DNA from: Chitinophagales bacterium
GTDB lineage: Bacteria > Bacteroidota > Bacteroidia > Chitinophagales > JABDMM01
Reading direction: 5' to 3'
DNA: 64,000 bases
NCBI GenBank assembly: GCA_013001465.1
Contig: JABDMM010000029.1
Coordinates: 11,385 to 75,384, forward strand
Below are positions 45,869-56,196 of the stretch, piece by piece. A program made the translations under genes and the position numbers. Under the pieces are notes generated by a model. That model was given only the letters and a program-made list of their open reading frames with translations, ran no database searches and had not been told where the DNA came from. Position 1 is the first letter of the stretch, and each line of letters begins with the position of its first letter.

Positions 45869-47506
45869 TTATTTGATTTCAATTTCAAATTCATTATCCC
45901 AATTGGCCCTAACGGATAAGTTTTTTAAATAATAGAACACTTCTTCAGCCTGTATTTTACCTTGAAGATTTCCGCTGTCCCATTTACCATTTCCGTTTGA
46001 GTCGGTAAAGATTCTAAGTTTATATACTCCGCCTTTCAGCTTCCCTATGTTTAATATTCCACCTTTGATATTAGCGGGAGCAAAGCTATTAATCTCAGCC
46101 CCTCTTGAGTTAATTAAGTCTATAACTGCATTTTCAGATAAAGGATCTTTAAAAAGCAGGTTTAAAGTTCCGTAATCTTCTGAATTATCGGTTTTAAACT
46201 TTAAGATAATTTTTGAATTTCCCGTTCCAAGATAATCTGTAAATGCCATAGGGGCAGCTATGAATTCGTATTGCATATTCTCTTTCCAATCGCCTTGGAT
46301 AATTAACTTTCTTTTATCGTTTGGATGCATTGTAATTGTTGCTTTTAACTCCAGCCTACTACTATCTTCTACAATTTTGATTTTACCGGGGTCGACATTC
46401 ACTAACGGCCGTATCAATTTTAAAATCAATCCTTTATAGATAGATACATTTTGTTTGCTTTTCTTTCCAATTTTTGATTTTGAATTGACGTCCTGTGCTA
46501 TTGTGACCTGGTTTTTCTTACTGCCTAACGAGTCGTTATCAATGCGTTCTAAAGAGATGTTAATAGTATCTGAATTGCCGTTGTCCGGGATTAAAACCAG
46601 CTCAGCATTATCTTTATAGACATCAGAATACCAATAGTTTATAGTGTCTCTTGATCTGTTTATAACCGCTTTGTCTTTCTCGGTATACAGCGCAGTATTT
46701 AAATTAAAAGTACGGATACCTTTAGAATAAATAATTTGGATCAAGCCAAGCTGGGTGTTTCTAACACTTTTAATGTAAAGTTTTGAAGGCTCCTGAAGAA
46801 ATACATTAAAATCGAAATTTTCAATGTTTGAGTCGCCCTGTAGTATGATATCAGAATCAGGAAAACCCAACAACTCGGTCTCGAGGTCATATTTATAATT
46901 CCTATTTCCGTCTTTTAAAGCAAAAACACGATAAGTCCCTTGACGAATGTTTTCAATTTTGTATTGGCCCGATTCGTTTGTTTTACTGAAGTAAAACGGT
47001 TTTTGATTTAGAATGACAGAGTCTTCCAGTTTGTCATATAGCATAACAAGGACATCGCTAACAACTTCCTTATTCTTTGCTAAAGTTAATGTTCCGCTTA
47101 CAGAAAGAGAATCAATATGCGATCCTGTAGAAAAGACATAGTTTAAATTAGACGCAGGATTTGATGCTCTGAAATCTACGATTGAATTCCCAAAGAATAT
47201 GGAGTATGTTGTTTTTTCTTGCAGAGCGATTCCTTTCAAATCAACGATCACTTTCTTTCCCCGATGCGTAAATTTTGGCGTTGGGTCCATTGGTGGGGAA
47301 ATCACAATTTCATTAAATGCATCCTCGAGTAAAATGTATTCATCAAATGTAAGTTCAACTCTATCTGAAGTAAACAGCACTGTTTTGTTCGGTGGTGTTG
47401 CATTTATCATCACCGGTGCTGTTTTATCAACAGGTCCGCCAGTCGGAGGTGTTTGAAGAGCGCAGGCAGAAATTAAAAAGAGAAGCAAAATGAAAAGGCA
47501 CCTCAT
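45869..47506 (-). CDS. Ig-like domain lipoprotein
   Basis: 545 aa. Lipobox LISAC, then TGGPVDKTAPV (SbsA-Ig-like start) and a beta-rich sequence. Confidence 0.55.
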   Translation of the reverse strand: MRCLFILLLFLISACALQTPPTGGPVDKTAPVMINATPPNKTVLFTSDRVELTFDEYILLEDAFNEIVISPPMDPTPKFTHRGKKVIVDLKGIALQEKTTYSIFFGNSIVDFRASNPASNLNYVFSTGSHIDSLSVSGTLTLAKNKEVVSDVLVMLYDKLEDSVILNQKPFYFSKTNESGQYKIENIRQGTYRVFALKDGNRNYKYDLETELLGFPDSDIILQGDSNIENFDFNVFLQEPSKLYIKSVRNTQLGLIQIIYSKGIRTFNLNTALYTEKDKAVINRSRDTINYWYSDVYKDNAELVLIPDNGNSDTINISLERIDNDSLGSKKNQVTIAQDVNSKSKIGKKSKQNVSIYKGLILKLIRPLVNVDPGKIKIVEDSSRLELKATITMHPNDKRKLIIQGDWKENMQYEFIAAPMAFTDYLGTGNSKIILKFKTDNSEDYGTLNLLFKDPLSENAVIDLINSRGAEINSFAPANIKGGILNIGKLKGGVYKLRIFTDSNGNGKWDSGNLQGKIQAEEVFYYLKNLSVRANWDNEFEIEIK

Positions 47507-49380
47507 TATCTACCTACATAAACCATTAAGACAGAAATATCAGAGGGAGACACACCGCTTATTCTGGAAGCCTGGCCAATTGTTGCAGGCCTTACCTTAT
47601 TAAGTTTTTCTTTTGCTTCAGCAGAAAGCGACGGCATTTCCAGGTACGGGAGATCTTCTTTTAGAATAACAGATTCAAGTCGGTTCATTTTATCTACCAT
47701 TTCTTTTTCTTTTTGAATATAACCATCATACTTCAATTCTATTTCAGATGCGGTTAATATTTCTTGAGAGTATTTTCTCAACTCATCGGCAACTCCGGGT
47801 ACATTATCAATAACGAGATCAAGCGTAACACCTGGTCTACTCAATACCTTCTTGAGCTTCATTTTCTGATTTATCTCAGCGCTTCCTAATTTATTAAGTA
47901 TCGGGTTGATGTACTCAGGATCTACAGAAAGATTTTTGATAAAGTTGAGAACGTTGCTTATTGATGCTGTCTTGTTTTTCACTTTTTCGTAACGTTCATC
48001 TGAAGCCAGTCCTATTTTATGCCCTATAGGAGTAAGACGCTGGTCTGCGTTGTCTTGGCGCAACAAAATTCGAAATTCAGCACGAGATGTGAACATTCGA
48101 TAGGGCTCATCGGTGCCTTTATTGATAAGATCATCGATGAGAACGCCAATATAGGCCTCAGAGCGTTTTAGTATTAACGGATCTTTATCTGTGCACTGTA
48201 GATGAGCATTTATTCCGGCCATCAAACCCTGACACGCAGCTTCTTCGTAGCCGGTAGTCCCATTTATTTGTCCGGCAAAATATAGATTTTGAACTAGTTT
48301 TGTTTCCAGGGACAAGCTAAGCTGGGTTGGTGGAAAGTAATCGTATTCTATGGCGTATCCCGGTCTGAATATCTTAGCATTCTCAAAACCTGGTATAAGC
48401 TGTAGCGCTTTATACTGGACATCCTCCGGCAGGGAAGTTGAGAATCCATTCAAATAAATTTCAACAGTATTCCACCCTTCAGGTTCGACAAACAATTGAT
48501 GTCTGTCCCTCTCGGCAAAGCGGTCGATCTTGTCTTCGATAGAGGGACAATAACGTGGTCCTATGCCACGTATCCTTCCGTTGAACATTGGTGATCGGTC
48601 AAAACCCGATTGAAGCATTTGATGGACTTTCGGGTTGGTGTATGCTACCCAACAATTTTTTTGTATTTCAGGCTTTCTTGAATCGAGAAAAGAGAATCCC
48701 TGAATATCTTCATCACCATGTTGAACTTCCAGAATCTCATAATTGATAGACCTTCCATCTAAACGAGGTGGTGTCCCGGTTTTCATTCTGCCACTTTCAA
48801 AGCCAAGTTCAACAAGTTGTTCTGTAATTCCTGTCGCGGCTCTTTCTCCGGCTCGTCCCCCACCAAATTTCTTCTCACCTATGTGGATTGTACCGTTGAG
48901 GAATGTTCCGCTGGTAAGGATTACAGCTTTTGAATGAATTGTCATTCCCATACCGGTTTTGACCCCTTTGACCTGATTGTTTTCGACGACGATACCGCTA
49001 ACCATTTCCTGCCAGAAGTCCACGTTAGGAATATTCTCTAGCCGAGACCTCCAATCGGTTGCAAAAAGTTGTCTGTCATTCTGTGTTCGAGGGCTCCACA
49101 TAGCAGGCCCTTTAGATTTATTCAGCATTCTAAACTGGATCATACTATGATCACTAACCAATGCCGAATAACCACCAAGAGCATCAATCTCTCGAACTAT
49201 CTGGCCCTTAGCTATGCCTCCCATAGCTGGATTACAGGACATCTGTGCTATGGTTTGCATATTCATTGTAACCAGAAGAACAGACGAACCTATATTGGCC
49301 GCAGCAGCAGCAGCTTCGCAGCCGGCATGGCCAGCACCAACAACTATTATGTCGTACTCTTTAAACATTTGGAAATGCAA
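47506..49380 (-). CDS. mnmG: tRNA uridine 5-carboxymethylaminomethyl modification enzyme
   Basis: 624 aa. The start is YDIIVVGAGHAGCEAA, with full-length GidA/MnmG-like sequence. Confidence 0.95.
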   Translation of the reverse strand: MHFQMFKEYDIIVVGAGHAGCEAAAAAANIGSSVLLVTMNMQTIAQMSCNPAMGGIAKGQIVREIDALGGYSALVSDHSMIQFRMLNKSKGPAMWSPRTQNDRQLFATDWRSRLENIPNVDFWQEMVSGIVVENNQVKGVKTGMGMTIHSKAVILTSGTFLNGTIHIGEKKFGGGRAGERAATGITEQLVELGFESGRMKTGTPPRLDGRSINYEILEVQHGDEDIQGFSFLDSRKPEIQKNCWVAYTNPKVHQMLQSGFDRSPMFNGRIRGIGPRYCPSIEDKIDRFAERDRHQLFVEPEGWNTVEIYLNGFSTSLPEDVQYKALQLIPGFENAKIFRPGYAIEYDYFPPTQLSLSLETKLVQNLYFAGQINGTTGYEEAACQGLMAGINAHLQCTDKDPLILKRSEAYIGVLIDDLINKGTDEPYRMFTSRAEFRILLRQDNADQRLTPIGHKIGLASDERYEKVKNKTASISNVLNFIKNLSVDPEYINPILNKLGSAEINQKMKLKKVLSRPGVTLDLVIDNVPGVADELRKYSQEILTASEIELKYDGYIQKEKEMVDKMNRLESVILKEDLPYLEMPSLSAEAKEKLNKVRPATIGQASRISGVSPSDISVLMVYVGR

Positions 49381-49447
49381 AAATAGAGTATTTGCAAATT
49401 CTAATTAGAATAGAAGGGAAATTAGTGGATGTTCCACGTGGAACAAT

Positions 49448-49876
49448 TTAGGATGGGAAGAGGCTAAGCATTTCGTTTTCTTTCTGCCTCATTTCGTTTT
49501 TTTGGTCTTCAGATCGATCGGCATATCCCAGAAGATGCAGTACACCATGTACGATCACTCTTCTTAGTTCTACATCAAATGCCTGATCTAGCTTTGCGGC
49601 ATTTTCTTTTACGCGTTCTATGCTGATATAAATGTCGGCCTCAATAAACTCTTCGGTTTCTTCTAAGGGAAAGGTAATAATATCGGTGTAAAAGTCATGC
49701 TCGAGGAAGTCGTTGTTGATTTGGCGCACATATTCATCATTCGACAAGACATAACTTAGACTGAAAGTTTTGTTACTGTGTTTATCGACACATTCCCTAA
49801 TCCAGCCACAAACTTTTTTATGGTCTTCAAGCTGGAAATCTATTTCGTGGGAATAAAAGCTGAATTGGTGTTTCAA
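49448..49876 (-). CDS. ybeY: rRNA maturation endoribonuclease YbeY
   Basis: 142 aa with the zinc motif HGVLHLLGY. Confidence 0.9.
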   Translation of the reverse strand: MKHQFSFYSHEIDFQLEDHKKVCGWIRECVDKHSNKTFSLSYVLSNDEYVRQINNDFLEHDFYTDIITFPLEETEEFIEADIYISIERVKENAAKLDQAFDVELRRVIVHGVLHLLGYADRSEDQKNEMRQKENEMLSLFPS

Positions 49877-50298
49877 ACTTTGAATTGAATTTCAACAGTG
49901 CTTCCGTTATCAGAAAAAATAACCATGTCGGCGAGTTGCTTCATTAAGAAGACGCCTCTTCCTGAGAGGTTTTCCAGATTTTCGGGAGACGTTGGATCCG
50001 GAAGGTTGTTGTAATCAAATCCCGGACCTTCATCGATGACTTTAAAAGAAATTATTTCTTTTTCAGTGTCTTTCTTACAAATGATAGTTACCTGTTTTGA
50101 GGCATCTTCATCGTTTCCATGAAAGATTGCGTTGTTTACAGCTTCGCTGAGAGATACCAGGATGTTACCAAAGATGTCATCGCTGATTTCAAACTTCTCC
50201 CTCACTTCGTCTACAAACGGTTCGATTTGCGATATGCTTTCTGCTGTTGAGGCTAGCGTTAGGGTTGTCACTGATCCGGTTATAATGTTTGGCGCCAA
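49873..50298 (-). CDS. RsbW-like HATPase_c protein (anti-sigma-factor-type Ser kinase fold)
   Basis: 141 aa. N-box NAIFHGN, G1 DEGPGFD and G2 GRGVFLM. Confidence 0.7.
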   Translation of the reverse strand: MAPNIITGSVTTLTLASTAESISQIEPFVDEVREKFEISDDIFGNILVSLSEAVNNAIFHGNDEDASKQVTIICKKDTEKEIISFKVIDEGPGFDYNNLPDPTSPENLENLSGRGVFLMKQLADMVIFSDNGSTVEIQFKV

Positions 50299-50310
50299 AA
50301 TTAAATATAT

Positions 50311-53300
50311 TTAGTTGGAAAAACTTATGTTTTTAAAATACTTTTCTACTAAGGATTTGTAATAAGGTTTCAATGCAGGAGGAACAGTTCTGTACAAATC
50401 TATTTCTGCTTCTCTCTTTTGAAGATATTCTTCAAGTCCAGGAGGAACTTCTCTGGCTAACTCTCTTGCTGTCTTGGATTCCCTTTTCTTTTCTTTTTCT
50501 CTTTGCCGTTCAGCATTTGCCGCTTCAAGCAACCTCACTTCTATCTCCTTTTGTCTTTTGATCAACTCATTAGTAAGCTGCTTGTTTACCAGGTCTGTCT
50601 CCGTTTGTTCCATCATGTCCATCATCTTATCCAGATCACCGAGAGAATTCTTACCATCTTTATTTTCCTGATCATTTATTTCTTTCAACTTTTCCCGAAT
50701 TGCTGCCTGCCTTGCCGCCATTTGAGCCATTGATTTACTCATCTGTTTTCCATTAGGCTTATCACCTTTTTTCATTGCATCCTGCATCTGAGACATCTGG
50801 TCGTTCAATTGTTTCTGCATCTGTTGCAAGGAAGGGATCTTGCCACCTTTTTTCTGACTCGGGTTTTGGCACATCTGCTCTCCGGACATTTGCTGCGCCA
50901 TCTGTTGCTGCATTTGATCCATCACTTCACTCAGCATCAATGCAAGATTGTTATATCCTGTCATGACGTATTGCTGATTTGTCAATGCTTGCTTAACTTT
51001 TCTGTCTTCAAGGTACGTTAAGCTTTTGTCCAGGTTTTTGTTTATCTCAGCAATTTCTTTAGTCACAAATGACTTTATTTCAAAGACGCGCTTTGCCAGA
51101 GCATATAAACTATCTTCTACCATTTCAGAGTCATCTTTTAGTTTAAACTGCTTCTGTATAAGTTCAACGTATCTGGGGTTGTTTATGTTTGTCTTTTCGA
51201 TCTCATCTATCAAATTCTCTTGCTCAAATGACAGGTAGATCAAATTTTCAAGTAGCTGACGCAAGGCCTCCATATCTTCTCCCATCTGATCCATCTGCAT
51301 TTGCATCTGCATTGATGCCAACTCGTCTGACATTTCTTTCATTTTATCAGATGCATTTTTCTGTTGCTCTGACGCTCCTTTGTTTTTTTGTTTTTGAAGC
51401 TGCTCGCTTGCTTGTTTCATGGATTCTTTTGCTTCTTCTTTGAGTTCATCGGCCTTGGAAAGATCTGGATCGCTGTCCATTTCGTCACTCATTTCCTGAA
51501 GCTCTTTCATGTCTTCGGTCAGCTTATCAAATTCTTTATTCAACTCCTCCTGCTTTTCCTGTAGCGCTTCCGAGTCAGCATTTTTTTCCTGAGATTCCTC
51601 GCTCAACGCCTCTTGTTTTTCTGCAAGTTCGTCTAGCTTTTCAATAGTTTCGGTTAGCTTTTGTTCAAACTCTAATTGTTTAAAAAGTTCGAGCATTCGA
51701 TCTAATTCCTTTTCCAGGTTTTCATCTGTGAATTCGAAATCATCCATTTTTTCCAGCACATCCTCCTTCATCATTTCATCCATCATCTCTTCCATCTTTT
51801 CGAATAGTTCCTTCATTTCATCTGTTAGCACTTCATCAAACAATTCCTGCAACTGCTCTTGCTTCTTCTGTATCTCTTCGGGAATATTCTTGTACTCGTT
51901 TTGTTCTGATAGATTTTCATTAAACTTATCCGTTAGCTTCTCTACATTTTTTTGAAGGTCTTTCTGCTTTTCAACCATATCAGAAAGATTCTTTTTGTCT
52001 TCCCACCCGATATTCTTTTTATCAAGCAACTTATCTTTTAAATCCTTTATCTGTTCTTTTAGCTCTTTTGATGAAGAGATCGCTTTTTTTAACTCGTCTT
52101 TTATCTCGTCATTGAGCTGATCTGTTTTGTCTTCCAGCTCGTCCAACGTTGGCATTTCAAAAGTCATCATTGCCGATTTGGTCGATTTTGAACCAGAAAC
52201 ACCATCGTTGTCCCACACCTCAAAATAATAATTCATCCTGTCTCCTGGTTTTAAATTCATGCTATATAGATCCCAATAGTGTGAGAACTGCTGAATGTTC
52301 TGGGTCGATTGTAACGGAATTTCCTTCTTCTCCATCTTTTTTACTTCGCCAGAATCGATTTCAAAATTGAATGTCAGTTTTTTTAAGCCATAGTCATCAG
52401 AAACCTCACCGAGGTAATAGAGGAAGTTTTTGTTTGTAGAATCCACATGCTCATCAACATAAATGGATGGATACTGATCAGGCACAACGTTTATTGTATA
52501 GGAAATCGAATCGGCATCTTTAAGATATTGATTCGAAACCTTAATTGTATATACCTGATTTTGATATAAGGGTGAGCTATAGTTAAATTCATTCTCATTG
52601 CTTCTGCTGGCTTCGAATGTTGTGTCTGTAAACTCAAGATCGATACGTGAGGTACTCGAAGTTTTAAATCTCCAGCTTACACGGGTTCCACGTGGAACGC
52701 TTATATCACCGATATTGGTGAGTTCCTCATCTTTTTTCCCAAGGTAAGCCGGATAGTCCAGGAATGTCTTAAACCCAACAATTTTAGGTTTCGGAAGCAC
52801 CTCAACAATGTATTCTTTGGAATCAAACCCGCTAGCACTTAAAACAAAGCTTTGGTTTTTCTGGAGATTATTAAAGGTGTGCGCGTAGATGTTATCTTTT
52901 CCGGGTCTGAGCTTATACGAATGTCCGCTCGACTTTAAATATACCTCTTTAGGAATGACCTTTCCCTCAATTGCCAACTCTAACTTAAAGTCCTCATGTT
53001 CAACAACCTTCATGTTTTCATTCTTGATTATAAAGGCAAAGGGCATCTTCTTTTCAAAACTTACATTGTTTCTGATCAGCCGGGTACTTCCTTCTTGTAT
53101 AACTCTTGGAGCTGCGATTAACACAAATAAAAATACCATCGCAGGTGGAAGGAGGTATTTTAAGAACCTTCTATTGTCCTTTAGATTGATAGCCGTAACA
53201 AACGAAACGGGTCTCAGATCAAATATTTTCTGATCTATGCTCGCCTCTATCAGATCACCGGCGTTGGTGTTGTAAGACTGCTGCTCTTTCAATTGAAGAA

Positions 53301-53634
53301 TGTTGAGAAGCTTGTCTTTTACTTCATGAAAATGATTGCCGATAATGGACGCTGCTTTTTCATGACTGATTATCTTTCCCAGCCTGAAAAAATGCACAAG
53401 TGGCATTGCCACGAATCTTATAAAAACGAGTGCACTGGATAGAACAAAGCCAAAAAACAGCACTTTTCTTAATGCAGACGACAAATAGAGAAAGTATTCT
53501 AACGTATTTACGATCAAAAACAAAGCGATCGCAAACGCTGCAAAGAAAATGAAACCCTTTATCGTTTCATTAATGTAGTATTTTCTTATAAACTGGTCTA
53601 GTTTATGTATTAACTTGTTATAGTTGTCCTTCAT
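50311..53634 (-). CDS. Large N-terminally membrane-anchored coiled-coil protein (DUF4175-like, from memory)
   Basis: 1107 aa. N-terminal TM helices, a central beta-rich region, and a C-terminal E/K/Q/M-rich low-complexity coiled coil of about 500 aa. Confidence 0.55.
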   Translation of the reverse strand: MKDNYNKLIHKLDQFIRKYYINETIKGFIFFAAFAIALFLIVNTLEYFLYLSSALRKVLFFGFVLSSALVFIRFVAMPLVHFFRLGKIISHEKAASIIGNHFHEVKDKLLNILQLKEQQSYNTNAGDLIEASIDQKIFDLRPVSFVTAINLKDNRRFLKYLLPPAMVFLFVLIAAPRVIQEGSTRLIRNNVSFEKKMPFAFIIKNENMKVVEHEDFKLELAIEGKVIPKEVYLKSSGHSYKLRPGKDNIYAHTFNNLQKNQSFVLSASGFDSKEYIVEVLPKPKIVGFKTFLDYPAYLGKKDEELTNIGDISVPRGTRVSWRFKTSSTSRIDLEFTDTTFEASRSNENEFNYSSPLYQNQVYTIKVSNQYLKDADSISYTINVVPDQYPSIYVDEHVDSTNKNFLYYLGEVSDDYGLKKLTFNFEIDSGEVKKMEKKEIPLQSTQNIQQFSHYWDLYSMNLKPGDRMNYYFEVWDNDGVSGSKSTKSAMMTFEMPTLDELEDKTDQLNDEIKDELKKAISSSKELKEQIKDLKDKLLDKKNIGWEDKKNLSDMVEKQKDLQKNVEKLTDKFNENLSEQNEYKNIPEEIQKKQEQLQELFDEVLTDEMKELFEKMEEMMDEMMKEDVLEKMDDFEFTDENLEKELDRMLELFKQLEFEQKLTETIEKLDELAEKQEALSEESQEKNADSEALQEKQEELNKEFDKLTEDMKELQEMSDEMDSDPDLSKADELKEEAKESMKQASEQLQKQKNKGASEQQKNASDKMKEMSDELASMQMQMQMDQMGEDMEALRQLLENLIYLSFEQENLIDEIEKTNINNPRYVELIQKQFKLKDDSEMVEDSLYALAKRVFEIKSFVTKEIAEINKNLDKSLTYLEDRKVKQALTNQQYVMTGYNNLALMLSEVMDQMQQQMAQQMSGEQMCQNPSQKKGGKIPSLQQMQKQLNDQMSQMQDAMKKGDKPNGKQMSKSMAQMAARQAAIREKLKEINDQENKDGKNSLGDLDKMMDMMEQTETDLVNKQLTNELIKRQKEIEVRLLEAANAERQREKEKKRESKTARELAREVPPGLEEYLQKREAEIDLYRTVPPALKPYYKSLVEKYFKNISFSN

Positions 53635-55400
53635 TTTTTTGCTATAGCATCTGCCTCATCTTCGGGAACGAAATAAACATCCCTGAAGTTTCTGTATTCC
53701 ATTGGATTTTGTGGAAAATTTCTAACCCTCGGATTGAGCAATCTGTTGTTCTTCGAGTAATAAATTGGTAAAATAACCGCGTCTTTCATCGCTATTTGGT
53801 CTGCTTCTGCATATTTTTCATACCTCTCCGCTTTATCTAATGTTCTTATCGCTTCTTCGAATGCTTTGTCATAAGCCGGACTAACATACCGGAAAGAGTT
53901 GATATATGCTTTATCCTTCAGACTTTCAGGAACATGAATTGAGTAAAGAAGGTTCAAAAAATTCTCCGGATCCGGATAATCAGCAACCCACCCAAGTCTC
54001 CAAAAACCAACCTTTGCAGTTTCCACTGTCTCCGTATGTTGCGCCCAGACTACTTGGTTAATACTGATATCTATGTTTAGAGTTTCCTGTAACATCTTTT
54101 GTATCGCTTCTGCAATTTGTTCGTTTCTTCCTCCTCCAGAATTTATCTGAAGTACAGATGGTGGAAAGCCTACCCCATCCGGATAACCGGCTTTGGCTAG
54201 ATGTGCTCTCGCTTTTGACGGATCGTACTTGTACCCTTCAACCTTGTCAAAAGGATAACTGTCGAAAGCAGCCGGTACGATCCCATGGTATGCAGGTATA
54301 CCCTGCCCCTTTAACGTGTAATCCACTATTTTTTGTCTGTCCAGGGCATAATTAAATGCTTTTCGGACGTCGATATTGCCAAATACTTCATGCGGCATCA
54401 AAAATCCATAATACTGTACAGACATTTCTACAGCTTCCTGGAGTGTAAATTTGTCATATCCGGGTTTCAAATTTCCTTCCAAATCAATGATCTCAGTGAT
54501 CAACTCCAGAGGTAAGCGATATTTCAGATCCAGATTCCCTTGTTTAAAGTCCAGCAACTCGACCTTTTCTTCTTTTATGAAAGTTACCTTTATTCCGTCA
54601 AGGTATGGAAGTGCATTCTCTGCATCATCAGTACCCCAGTAATTTTCGTTCTTGATCAAGACTACCGAAATATCCGGGGAAACGATCTTTAGTTTAAACG
54701 GACCAGTACCTACTGCATAATCTCTAAGTTCCATTCCATATTCTTCCACTGCTTCTTTTGGATAAACATATGCAAAGGTTAGAGCAAGTCGTGAAAGGAA
54801 TACCGCAAATGGTCGCTCAAGCTCAACCTGAAGAGTATAATCGTCGATAACCCTTATTCCCGAAACTCCACCTTCCGGTTTATTCCCTTTCGCCGTTTCT
54901 TTATTGTAAGCATTTGCTCCCTTGACGAGATCTTTAAAGATCCAAAAACCCTGATTATTTACGTCAGCTTCACAGGTGCGATCAAAGCAGTACTTAAAAT
55001 CATGTGCAGTTACTTCTCGTCCCTTACCATCGTCAAAACACTTGTCATCATGGAATCGTACACCTTTGCGAATTTTAAAAGTGTATAATGTAGCGTCATT
55101 AGATACTTCCCAGCTTTCTGCAAGTGCGGGGATGATGTCAAGATTATCTTGATCGAAGATTACCAAACCTTCATATATCTGATTTGCGATTCGATGACCA
55201 ACCACCTCTGTAATATTCAAGGGATAAAGACTTCTGAAATATTCGGTTTCATTAAATCTGAATACACCACCCTGGTACCGATTCCCGTTAAGTTTTGAAA
55301 GCTGCCCGTCGTCATTTTTTCTTGAAGAGCTTGATGATCCGCCACAGGAAACCAAAGAAAAAGAGAAAATTAATATTAATAAGTAATTGATGTATCTCAT
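53631..55400 (-). CDS. ABC transporter substrate-binding lipoprotein, family 5 (peptide/nickel type)
   Basis: 589 aa. Lipobox LVSCGG with an SBP_bac_5-like sequence throughout. Confidence 0.85.
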   Translation of the reverse strand: MRYINYLLILIFSFSLVSCGGSSSSSRKNDDGQLSKLNGNRYQGGVFRFNETEYFRSLYPLNITEVVGHRIANQIYEGLVIFDQDNLDIIPALAESWEVSNDATLYTFKIRKGVRFHDDKCFDDGKGREVTAHDFKYCFDRTCEADVNNQGFWIFKDLVKGANAYNKETAKGNKPEGGVSGIRVIDDYTLQVELERPFAVFLSRLALTFAYVYPKEAVEEYGMELRDYAVGTGPFKLKIVSPDISVVLIKNENYWGTDDAENALPYLDGIKVTFIKEEKVELLDFKQGNLDLKYRLPLELITEIIDLEGNLKPGYDKFTLQEAVEMSVQYYGFLMPHEVFGNIDVRKAFNYALDRQKIVDYTLKGQGIPAYHGIVPAAFDSYPFDKVEGYKYDPSKARAHLAKAGYPDGVGFPPSVLQINSGGGRNEQIAEAIQKMLQETLNIDISINQVVWAQHTETVETAKVGFWRLGWVADYPDPENFLNLLYSIHVPESLKDKAYINSFRYVSPAYDKAFEEAIRTLDKAERYEKYAEADQIAMKDAVILPIYYSKNNRLLNPRVRNFPQNPMEYRNFRDVYFVPEDEADAIAKK

Positions 55401-55422
55401 TGCGTGTATTTAATTAATAAAG

Positions 55423-56196
55423 TTAAATCTTAATCGACATATAGACTGGACAATGATCAGAGAATGGAACATGCTCCAACAGATCGCAGTCGATTATTTC
55501 ATAATTAAACTTTGAACCGGCAGTAATATAATCTATTCGCCAGCCTTTGTTTCTTTCTTTCGCCCTTGTTCTGAGACTCCACCAACTGTAACGCCCACCC
55601 TCTGAATGAAATTGCCTAAAACAGTCCCGATAGCCAAGGTCAAAATAATCATCCATCCATGCCCTTTCTTCAGGCTTAAACCCACTGGTGTTTTTGTTTT
55701 TCACCGGATCATGGATATCGATCTCCCGGTGACAGATATTAAAATCACCACAGACCAAAGCTGCTTTCTTCTGATTAATTTCCTTGAATGCGGGCTCTAG
55801 TTTATCTAGAAATTCCATTTTGATGCTTTGTCTGTGTTCACCCCCCGAGCCTGATGGGAAATAGCAGGAAACAACGGTGAAGTTACCCAGGTCTGCTTCT
55901 ATATATCGGCCTTCTTTGTGAAATCCGTCATTTGATTCGCCGTGCTTTCGCAGTATACTCCTGAAAGGTAGTTTGCTAAATATGGCAACCCCACTATAAC
56001 CTTTCTTGTCTGCTTCGCAAATGGCAATATGATAGCCCATGCTTTTGAACGTCTCCAGATCCAGCTGAGATTCGTGAGCTTTCAACTCTTGCAAACACAA
56101 AATGTCGAAAGCATTTTCCTTCACCCATTCTGTAAAACCCTTTCGAATAGCAGCACGGATCCCATTTACATTGTAGGAAACTAACGAAATCCTCAT
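55423..56196 (-). CDS. xth: Exodeoxyribonuclease III
   Basis: 257 aa. Motifs SYNVNGIRA, LCLQELK, GDFNICH and SDHCPV. Confidence 0.9.
   Translation of the reverse strand: MRISLVSYNVNGIRAAIRKGFTEWVKENAFDILCLQELKAHESQLDLETFKSMGYHIAICEADKKGYSGVAIFSKLPFRSILRKHGESNDGFHKEGRYIEADLGNFTVVSCYFPSGSGGEHRQSIKMEFLDKLEPAFKEINQKKAALVCGDFNICHREIDIHDPVKNKNTSGFKPEERAWMDDYFDLGYRDCFRQFHSEGGRYSWWSLRTRAKERNKGWRIDYITAGSKFNYEIIDCDLLEHVPFSDHCPVYMSIKI

Noticed and set aside
50373-53233. About ten plus-strand ORFs of 60-114 aa
   Set aside because: All are antisense to the 1107-aa gene. They arise from its low-complexity E/K/Q-rich repeat codons (the complement gives L/F/S-rich open frames).
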